IMG/VR virus record: IMGVR_UViG_3300021519_000013
Span: 1-53,708 of that record
Strand: one strand, 5' to 3'
DNA length: 53,708 nucleotides
From: a virus
Lineage: Duplodnaviria > Caudoviricetes
Made by a program: the position numbers and the translations under genes. Positions 1 to 5,994 of the stretch are shown one piece after another (position 1 is the stretch's first letter; every line of letters begins with the position of its first letter). The notes below the pieces were generated by a model, which was not told where the DNA came from, did not search any database, and saw only the letters and a program-made list of their open reading frames with translations.

Positions 1-63
1 GTAGAAGTCCGTTTGTATAGAAAAACCCAAGTGGGAGGTTGACCCAGCTCGTCAAAGCATTAT

Positions 64-138
64 GGAGCGTTCGTCTATCGGTTAGGATCCCGGATTTTCA
101 CTCCGGTAAGAGGGGTTCGACTCCCCTACGCTCTACCA
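64..138 (+). tRNA. tRNA-Glu(TTC)
   Basis: Acceptor GGAGCGT/ACGCTCT, anticodon arm CCGGA-TTTTCAC-TCCGG, TTCGA T-loop, encoded CCA. Confidence 0.95.
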
Positions 139-143
139 AGTTT

Positions 144-224
144 GCTCGCATGAACTAATATGGAAGTTGCCCTGATAGAAAACTTAAAGCGGGGCTATGT
201 AGGTATCGATCCCTACTGCGAGCA
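144..224 (+). ncRNA. tRNA-like RNA / pseudo-tRNA with a 15-nt anticodon loop and no CCA
   Basis: Perfect acceptor GCTCGCA/TGCGAGC, D stem AACT/AGTT, stem CCCTG/CGGGG closing ATAGAAAACTTAAAG, T arm GTAGG-TATCGATC-CCTAC. Confidence 0.7.
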
Positions 225-233
225 ATACAATAT

Positions 234-308
234 GATCCTATACGCATCTGGTGAGGCGACCCCGCTGTCTACGGGGTGAGGAGGGTTCGATTCCCTTTAG
301 GATCGCCA
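234..308 (+). tRNA. tRNA-Asp(GTC)
   Basis: GATCCTA/TAGGATC, CCCCG-CTGTCTA-CGGGG, G73, CCA. Confidence 0.95.
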
Positions 309-312
309 ATAC

Positions 313-388
313 GCTGCTTTAGCAAATGTGGTCATTGCGCCGGACTGAAAATCCGATCAACTTGGTTCGATCCCAAGAGGCAGCACCA
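313..388 (+). tRNA. tRNA-Phe(GAA)
   Basis: GCTGCTT/AGGCAGC, CGGA-CTGAAAA-TCCG, CCA. Confidence 0.93.
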
Positions 389-393
389 GTAAT

Positions 394-477
394 GGGCAAA
401 TGTGAGGGGAATGGCTAACAGATGGCGGGCTCGCAAGAGGTCTGTTAGAACGGGTTCAAGTCCCGATTTGTCCACCA
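394..477 (+). ncRNA. tRNA-like RNA resembling the tmRNA tRNA-like domain (Ala identity, no anticodon)
   Basis: Acceptor GGGCAAA(T)/(A)TTTGTCC with G3:U70, A73, CCA; unpaired GG-containing D loop; 9-bp helix CTAACAGAT/GTCTGTTAG; T arm CGGG-TTCAAGT-CCCG. Confidence 0.7.
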
Positions 478-483
478 TAATAC

Positions 484-560
484 GGACCGTTAGCTCAGTT
501 GGTTAGAGCGACCGCCTCTTAAGCGGTATGTCCGCAGTTCAAATCTGCGACGGTCTACCA
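484..560 (+). tRNA. tRNA-Lys(CTT)
   Basis: GGACCGT/ACGGTCT, ACCGC-CTCTTAA-GCGGT, CCA. Confidence 0.95.
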
Positions 561-563
561 TAT

Positions 564-638
564 ACTCTCATCGTTTAATGGTTAGGACGCTGGGTTCTCA
601 ACCCGGAAACGAGAGTTCAATTCTCTCTGGGAGTACCA
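564..638 (+). tRNA. tRNA-Glu(CTC)
   Basis: ACTCTCA/TGGGAGT, CTGGG-TTCTCAA-CCCGG, CCA. Confidence 0.92.
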
Positions 639-641
639 TTA

Positions 642-706
642 GTTGATCTGGATACACAGGCCGGTGGAGATACCGCTTTAGAAAGTGTGTCGCAATGCCA
701 GACAAC
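642..706 (+). ncRNA. Unnamed structured RNA in tRNA spacer
   Basis: Nested pairings GTTG/CAAC, TCTG/CAGA, GATACAC/GTGTGTC, CGGT-GGAGAT-ACCG. Confidence 0.45.
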
Positions 707-740
707 ATTCGAGACAACACGTGAGTCTTAGCCGATTTTA

Positions 741-814
741 GGGAGTCATAGCAGTGGGTTCTGCATAGAAAGATCCAAACTTTTGGTAAGGGTTCGAGTC
801 CCTGACGCCCGCCA
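741..814 (+). ncRNA. Degenerate tRNA-like element (possible CCA/Trp anticodon)
   Basis: GGGAGTC/GACGCCC (one mismatch), D stem GCAG/CTGC, AAAG-ATCCAAA-CTTT, AGGG-TTCGAGT-CCCT, G-CCA end. Confidence 0.6.
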
Positions 815-821
815 TAATAAC

Positions 822-898
822 GCCTCCGTAGCTCAACTGGATAGAGCGGCGGTCTTCGAAACCGTAGGTTGGGAGTTCAAATCTCTCCGGGGGCGCCA
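822..898 (+). tRNA. tRNA-Arg(TCG)
   Basis: GCCTCCG/CGGGGGC, GCGGT-CTTCGAA-ACCGT, CCA. Confidence 0.95.
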
Positions 899-1495
899 TT
901 AATCAGCAGCAGGGTCTGTTATAACAATGGTATTTCCGCGACGCATGATATTGTTCTCAGTTTCTAGGTCATCTAGATTAAATGGTTGTGTTGTCAGATC
1001 ATATAGTTGAGGGAAGTTCTTCTTTAAGAATGGTTGATTGGACTTAGCAAAAACTTTTTTTATAACAGTTCCCATATGCTTCGATGTGGGCTTGGGATCT
1101 ATGTATTTCGTAAAGATTGAATCGTCTTCTATTGGCTGCAATTGTTCCATTCTAACTGCATAAGCAGTGGCGCTTAGTTTAATCATCTTACCTCTTAACT
1201 TGGGAACGAATGGATTGGACTGATTGGCCATGATGTAGTTTAGATATTGCTTATATCCCACATCATCATGTGAGAATATTTTTAACACATAGTTAAATTT
1301 AGGATTTTCGTAAACTGCGGCATAGATACCGTGACCAGCTGGTCTCCATCCTAACTTTTTCAACTGTTTAGAAAGATTATCAAATTCAGCAGGAGAATAA
1401 GAATTATCCCAGATGTCATCAGGCTTTGCTGCAAATGTTTGTGCAGCTTTAAATGCTGGATGCTTTTTTGCACCTACTAGTTCACTTATTCTCAT
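899..1495 (-). CDS. T7 gp0.7-like Ser/Thr protein kinase (probable start MRISELVG)
   Basis: Gly-rich loop GHGIYAAVY, VLKIF lysine, DLETENNIM catalytic-loop-like segment, ITDP. The longer listed start overlaps tRNA-His. Confidence 0.65.
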   Translation of the reverse strand: MRISELVGAKKHPAFKAAQTFAAKPDDIWDNSYSPAEFDNLSKQLKKLGWRPAGHGIYAAVYENPKFNYVLKIFSHDDVGYKQYLNYIMANQSNPFVPKLRGKMIKLSATAYAVRMEQLQPIEDDSIFTKYIDPKPTSKHMGTVIKKVFAKSNQPFLKKNFPQLYDLTTQPFNLDDLETENNIMRRGNTIVITDPAAD

Positions 1496-1509
1496 ATGTT
1501 TATTTATTT

Positions 1510-1583
1510 GCTGTCTTAGTGTAATGGAAGCACAGGAGTTTGTGGAGCTCCTAGCACAGGATCGATACCTGTAGGCAGTACCA
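1510..1583 (+). tRNA. tRNA-His(GTG), lacking G-1
   Basis: GCTGTCT/AGGCAGT, GGAGT-TTGTGGA-GCTCC, A73, CCA; T at -1; T loop ATCGATA. Confidence 0.9.
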
Positions 1584-1584
1584 C

Positions 1585-1613
1585 TTGACAACGGTTAGAT
1601 AAATGTATATAGT
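1585..1613 (+). promoter_or_regulatory. Sigma70-type promoter for downstream tRNAs
   Basis: TTGACA-N17-TATAGT. Confidence 0.75.
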
Positions 1614-1621
1614 AACAACAT

Positions 1622-1706
1622 GGGGAAGCGGCGCAGTTGGAGAGGCGCGGAGGACTGTAAATCCTTTCTGTACGGTGAGTTGGTTCGAATCCATCTTTCC
1701 CCACCA
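1622..1706 (+). tRNA. tRNA-Tyr(GTA)
   Basis: GAGGA-CTGTAAA-TCCTT, long variable arm, CCA. Confidence 0.93.
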
Positions 1707-1714
1707 TTAACCCC

Positions 1715-1810
1715 CAGGCGGGCTGGACGACTCTGAATCGTTCCAACAGAAAAAGCCTTCCTGATAGCAAAGGGTACAACTCGGCAGCTTAATAAGCGGA
1801 GCCCTTTGCT
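1715..1810 (+). ncRNA. Two adjacent unnamed stem-loop RNAs (1715-1763, 1766-1810)
   Basis: CAGG/CCTG, GGCT/AGCC, GGACGA-CTCTGAA-TCGTTCC; AGCAAAGGGT/GCCCTTTGCT with inner GCTT-AAT-AAGC. Confidence 0.45.
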
Positions 1811-1818
1811 TCTTATAC

Positions 1819-1900
1819 GCACCGGTACCAAAATGGGAATGGGGCGGTCTGCAAAACCGCTGCGAAAGTGGAGTAGGTTCGATTCCTACCCGGTGCTCCA
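1819..1900 (+). tRNA. tRNA-Cys(GCA) with extended variable arm
   Basis: GCACCGG/CCGGTGC, GCGGT-CTGCAAA-ACCGC, U73, CCA; 12-nt variable region. Confidence 0.92.
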
Positions 1901-1905
1901 TTATT

Positions 1906-1981
1906 GCCGCCAGGGAGGTCTTGGCGATTTCACTGCTCTCATAAGGCAGATAACCAGGTTCGATGCCTGGTGGCGGCACCA
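1906..1981 (+). tRNA. tRNA-Met(CAT), elongator (Ile2 not excluded)
   Basis: GCCGCCA/TGGCGGC, CTGCT-CTCATAA-GGCAG, CCA. Confidence 0.85.
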
Positions 1982-1990
1982 TAGCTAACT

Positions 1991-3136
1991 ATGAACATGG
2001 ATAACTTTTGCCCAGCACCTTGGATGTCTATGTTCTGTCAAATTGATAGAATTAGCGTATGTTGTGCCAATGGTGATAATCTTAAAATGTCACCCAACGA
2101 ATTTAGATCCAGTGACTATCTAAGTAATCTAAAAGCACAGTTTTTAGCAGGCGAAAAACCTAAAAGCTGTAATGGATGTTGGACTCGAGAACAAGCCAAT
2201 CTTATAAGCATAAGGTCACACTACAAGAATAACTTTCCAAAATATACTCGTGAGTTTTTCAATGAGCACACTGAGTTGCCTGTTGAACATATGGAATTAC
2301 GCACCAGTAACTTATGTAATTTCCAATGTAGAATGTGTCATCCAAAAAATAGTGTTGAAATTGCCAGAGAATTTGAAGATAACACTGAACTTCAGAAATA
2401 CTTTAAACCACAACCAAGCTCCATTATGGAAACTACCTCAGAGGATTGGAGTGAGATATTTGATATCAGTTTGGAAACAAAGCGTTTGTTTTTAACAGGT
2501 GGTGAGCCTCTTCTTATAAAACAGTATTACGATTTGTTAGATCATTTAATATTAAACAACAGATGCGAAACAACAGTATTGGATATCTACACCAACTGTA
2601 GTGTATACAATCCTAAATTTATGGATCGCATTGCTCAATTTAAAAGAGTAAAATTTAACCTTAGTATTGATGCTGTTGGTAAGGTTGCAGAGTACCAAAG
2701 ATATGGCACAGTTTGGAATACTGTCGAGGAGAACGCTTTAAAGTTTTGCAGTTTTCCTAATATATTTCCCGCAATACAAACTACAATAACTGCATACGCA
2801 GTACTGGGAATTTCCTCACTTGCAGATTTTTATTTGCAAATGTTAGAAAAAAATAGTAAAATGCAATTCATGGTACATGTGGCATACAATCCTAAAGGTA
2901 TTAACCATATGAACCTACCTATTGCCTTAAAGGAACAAGCAATAGAACAAATTGATTTGGCAGTGTCAAAATTAACGGCAAAGCCATTTGATACAGTGCG
3001 TGGTGAATTTCAATCAATTAAAAAACAACTACTGAACAATACAGATACAGATGTTGATTTTATTCACTTGACTAGAACATACGATCAATCAAGAAATCAG
3101 AAGTTTGAAGACGTTTTTAATTTCAAGCTTTACTAA
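1991..3136 (+). CDS. Radical SAM protein with N-terminal twitch/SPASM-like Cys domain (alternative start 1997)
   Basis: CNFQCRMC (CxxxCxxC), TGGEP, N-terminal CPAPW...CC...CxxC. Confidence 0.9.
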   Translation: MNMDNFCPAPWMSMFCQIDRISVCCANGDNLKMSPNEFRSSDYLSNLKAQFLAGEKPKSCNGCWTREQANLISIRSHYKNNFPKYTREFFNEHTELPVEHMELRTSNLCNFQCRMCHPKNSVEIAREFEDNTELQKYFKPQPSSIMETTSEDWSEIFDISLETKRLFLTGGEPLLIKQYYDLLDHLILNNRCETTVLDIYTNCSVYNPKFMDRIAQFKRVKFNLSIDAVGKVAEYQRYGTVWNTVEENALKFCSFPNIFPAIQTTITAYAVLGISSLADFYLQMLEKNSKMQFMVHVAYNPKGINHMNLPIALKEQAIEQIDLAVSKLTAKPFDTVRGEFQSIKKQLLNNTDTDVDFIHLTRTYDQSRNQKFEDVFNFKLY

Positions 3137-3153
3137 TAAGTTAAATAGTTTAT

Positions 3154-3230
3154 CCGTGTGTGGCTCAGCTTGGTAGAGCATCTGGTTTGGGACCAGAGGG
3201 TCGGGAGTTCGAATCTCTCCACACGGACCA
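3154..3230 (+). tRNA. tRNA-Pro(TGG)
   Basis: CCGTGTG/CACACGG, TCTGG-TTTGGGA-CCAGA, CCA. Confidence 0.95.
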
Positions 3231-3235
3231 TCATT

Positions 3236-3311
3236 ATCGGTGTAGTGTTAATGGTTAGCACGATGGTCTCCAAAACCACAAGTCTGGGTTCGAATCCTAG
3301 CACCGGTGCCA
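3236..3311 (+). tRNA. tRNA-Trp(CCA)
   Basis: ATCGGTG/CACCGGT, TGGT-CTCCAAA-ACCA, G73, CCA. Confidence 0.93.
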
Positions 3312-3320
3312 AAATAAAGT

Positions 3321-3349
3321 TTGACTTTTGTCAAATGAACATATATAGT
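3321..3349 (+). promoter_or_regulatory. Sigma70-type promoter
   Basis: TTGACT-N17-TATAGT upstream of tRNA-Val. Confidence 0.7.
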
Positions 3350-3362
3350 AATAATAAGTTAT

Positions 3363-3438
3363 GCGGGATTAGCTCAGTGGTAGTAGCGTCTGCTTTACAC
3401 GCAGAATGTCGGGAGTTCGACCCTCTCATCCCGCACCA
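3363..3438 (+). tRNA. tRNA-Val(TAC)
   Basis: GCGGGAT/ATCCCGC, TCTGC-TTTACAC-GCAGA, CCA. Confidence 0.95.
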
Positions 3439-3449
3439 CTTATACCAGT

Positions 3450-3525
3450 GCCTTTATAGCTCAGCTGGTAGAGCAACTGATTTGTAATCAGTAGGTCCCG
3501 AGTTCGATTCTTGGTGGAGGCACCA
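3450..3525 (+). tRNA. tRNA-Thr(TGT)
   Basis: ACTGA-TTTGTAA-TCAGT, CCA. Confidence 0.95.
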
Positions 3526-3527
3526 GA

Positions 3528-3603
3528 GCCCGATTAGCTCAGTTGGTAGAGCAACTGATTAGTAATCAGTAGGTCGGCGGTTCGAATCCGTCATCGGGCA
3601 CCA
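3528..3603 (+). tRNA. tRNA-Thr(AGT)
   Basis: GCCCGAT/ATCGGGC, ACTGA-TTAGTAA-TCAGT, CCA. Confidence 0.93.
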
Positions 3604-3614
3604 TTTCTTTTTAT

Positions 3615-3691
3615 TGCGGGGTAGAGCAGTCCGGTAGCTTGACAGCCTCATAAGCTGTAGGTCGTTGGTTCAAATCCAACCCCCGCTTCCA
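3615..3691 (+). tRNA. Initiator-like tRNA-fMet(CAT)
   Basis: U1xU72 mismatch, GCGGGG/CCCCGC, A11:U24, ACAGC-CTCATAA-GCTGT, CCA. Confidence 0.85.
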
Positions 3692-3692
3692 A

Positions 3693-4013
3693 TTATATCA
3701 TATGTGCTTTAAGTAAACTCTTGAGTATAGGATCTTCACCATATCGCATTACAGCATACTCAACATCCAGTATTAGATCCTTTAGTACAACATCAAACCA
3801 TTCGCCATTGGTCTTATGCATCTTAAGATGACGATGTATGACAGTTTCCAGAAGTTTTGTCTTGCAAATATCAGTAGCTTTGCTATAATGCAACTGTAAT
3901 GGAAATGGGTAGCCAGTTTGAAGGCTCTTTAGTCTTTTGGCAGGATCTCGACTAATCCCTACCTTGTAAGGTGGATTATCACTGCCTATAACATAGATGT
4001 AACTGACTGACAT
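3693..4013 (-). CDS. GIY-YIG / T5orf172-family nuclease-like protein
   Basis: YIYVIG...YKVGISRDPAKRLKSLQTG...E..IH...GEWF. Confidence 0.85.
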   Translation of the reverse strand: MSVSYIYVIGSDNPPYKVGISRDPAKRLKSLQTGYPFPLQLHYSKATDICKTKLLETVIHRHLKMHKTNGEWFDVVLKDLILDVEYAVMRYGEDPILKSLLKAHMI

Positions 4014-4059
4014 AGTGGTATTATTTATGGTCTACCACGTGTTATAATTAATATAAAGG

Positions 4060-4299
4060 ATGGCAGTAATGTTGCTTTGGTTTCTTATTATTATATCCGT
4101 TAATTCCAATGGCACTGTTAATGCAGCTTTGGAATACCCAACCAGCTATCGATTCAATAGTGAATCACATTGCGAAACAAACGGTCGCAAGAAGGTTAAT
4201 GAACTACAAATGGAATTGGGTACAAAAAACAGTAAACTGTTTTACATCTGCAAACCACTTGATGTCAAGGAAGTAGCCAAGATGTTACCCCCAAGTTAA
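4060..4299 (+). CDS. Small hypothetical exported/membrane protein
   Basis: AAGG RBS, hydrophobic N-terminus, two Cys. Confidence 0.6.
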   Translation: MAVMLLWFLIIISVNSNGTVNAALEYPTSYRFNSESHCETNGRKKVNELQMELGTKNSKLFYICKPLDVKEVAKMLPPS

Positions 4300-4306
4300 A
4301 TAAAAT

Positions 4307-5479
4307 ATGGCAAAAAAACTTACGATATTAGGCAAAGGAATGGCTGGTAGCTACACTGCCAGCCATTTTGCCAGACACAGTGATCTTGAAATTGATCTAT
4401 ACTTTGATCCCAATACTAGAGTACAATCTATAGCACTCAGTGGCAATATTAATTTGCCCATTGCCATGGATAAAAATGCTCGAATTAATTACTCACATTT
4501 GCCATTATTTGATGGCACATTTAAAATGGGTGTAACAAAGTTGAACTGGGGCAATGGCGAGCCACTTGGAAGTTGGTTTCGTCCAGGTATAACATCCTAT
4601 CATTTTTCAGGGGAAGGGTTGCAGAACCTAATACTTGATCAACTGGGCAACAGGATAAATGTTATTCCGCAACGTGTGGACATTAACGATATTGATTCAG
4701 ACTTTATAATGGATTGCACTGGCAAACCCACTGATCCTGATAAATTGATATACCTTAATGAAAAGGAAGATAGTATTCCTGTTGATAGTGTATTGATTAT
4801 TGATTGTCCATGGGATTTTCCAATTTACAATACTACGCATTCCGTCGCAAGACCATATGGATGGGTATTTGCTATACCATTAGCCAGTAAGATGAGCGTT
4901 GGATATCTATATAACAAAAGCATTAATACACTCGACGAAGTTAAAGAGGATATAAAGGAAGTCTTTAAGCAACTCGCAATTACTCCCGGTGATAAATCTG
5001 TTTCTTTTAGCTTCGATAGCTATTACCGAAAACAGAACTTTACAGGCCGCATTGCTTATAATGGGAATCAGTCTGCTTTCCTTGAACCACTTGAGGCAAC
5101 ATCAATTTGGTTAATGACTTTCAATCAGTTGGAGGCAATGGAAGTGTGGCTCAATAACAAACCCATTGATGAGGCAAATAAGCTTTATCAATCCAAGGTT
5201 GCAGGTATTGAAACCTGTGTAATGTTGCATTACTTTGCTGGTAGTATATTTGACACTGACTTTTGGCGCTTTGCCAAAGAACGATCTGAAAGACATATGC
5301 GTAATGCAATTAAAAATCCAGAGTTTCAACTTGCGCTGCGACAGATTGCCACAACCAATTTGAATAACCCTGGTGATGTTGGCATTAATGAAAAATACGG
5401 ACATTGGGCCATAACAATATGGGGAAACCATTTTAAAAAATGGGGAATCTTTGACAAATTAAAAAAATTATACGTTTGA
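4307..5479 (+). CDS. Short tryptophan-halogenase-like flavoprotein
   Basis: GKGMAG, GTFKMG lysine, GWVFAIPL, FLEPLEA. Confidence 0.8.
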   Translation: MAKKLTILGKGMAGSYTASHFARHSDLEIDLYFDPNTRVQSIALSGNINLPIAMDKNARINYSHLPLFDGTFKMGVTKLNWGNGEPLGSWFRPGITSYHFSGEGLQNLILDQLGNRINVIPQRVDINDIDSDFIMDCTGKPTDPDKLIYLNEKEDSIPVDSVLIIDCPWDFPIYNTTHSVARPYGWVFAIPLASKMSVGYLYNKSINTLDEVKEDIKEVFKQLAITPGDKSVSFSFDSYYRKQNFTGRIAYNGNQSAFLEPLEATSIWLMTFNQLEAMEVWLNNKPIDEANKLYQSKVAGIETCVMLHYFAGSIFDTDFWRFAKERSERHMRNAIKNPEFQLALRQIATTNLNNPGDVGINEKYGHWAITIWGNHFKKWGIFDKLKKLYV

Positions 5480-5499
5480 TATCCACAATAAATAAACGC

Positions 5500-5994
5500 A
5501 TGTACATAAAGTATTTGGAGTATCCGCCGGTTCCTAATGAACTGCTACCTCCCATTGATCAAATTATTAATAGTAAAAAGATGGATATTCCACATTGTGG
5601 CAATGTAGATCCAAATGATGTGTTTAATAGTTTTAGTACAAGAACATTATCAAAAGAACTGGATCATTGGATTACAGACACGTTCAAATGTCAATATTAT
5701 GCCAACTATCAAATATTAATTGGCAATAATCCTATCCATATTGATTTGCAACATTTTCCAGGAGCTAGAATAGTTGCGTTTAACTATCTACTGGATCAGG
5801 GTGGCGATAATGTTATAACAACTGTATATGACAAAGATCATGCAGTATTACAATCGGAGAGAATAGATCTACACCGTTGGCATATGTTAAGAACAAGCAT
5901 GCCACATAATGTCATGGGAATAGAGCCTGGAAAAATTAGAGTTGCATTAAGTGTAACACCCATAATGCATCCCAAAGGCAATAAGAATGCTTGA
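5500..5994 (+). CDS. Hypothetical, probable cupin/2OG-Fe(II) dioxygenase fold
   Basis: PIHID (HxD), distal PHNV His, RVALSV; ATG 5 nt after TAAATA. Confidence 0.5.
   Translation: MYIKYLEYPPVPNELLPPIDQIINSKKMDIPHCGNVDPNDVFNSFSTRTLSKELDHWITDTFKCQYYANYQILIGNNPIHIDLQHFPGARIVAFNYLLDQGGDNVITTVYDKDHAVLQSERIDLHRWHMLRTSMPHNVMGIEPGKIRVALSVTPIMHPKGNKNA

Noticed and set aside
394-477. Full-length or two-piece permuted tmRNA
   Set aside because: The 5' and 3' acceptor strands are only 84 nt apart in normal order. No tag ORF (AND...AA) is visible nearby.
639-740. tRNA-associated HDV-like (theta) or hammerhead ribozyme
   Set aside because: I could not build the nested double pseudoknot or find a CUGANGA/GAAA core by eye, and the tRNAs already encode CCA. 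A motif search is needed to exclude it fully.
1516-1988. ORFs 1516-1779, 1595-1831, 1707-1982, 1806-1988
   Set aside because: They are shadow translations of tRNA genes.
3158-3487. 109-aa ORF
   Set aside because: It overlaps tRNA-Pro, Trp, Val and Thr.
3693-4013. Intron-encoded homing endonuclease
   Set aside because: It is a short single-domain ORF between intact genes, with no interrupted gene or group I intron core evident.
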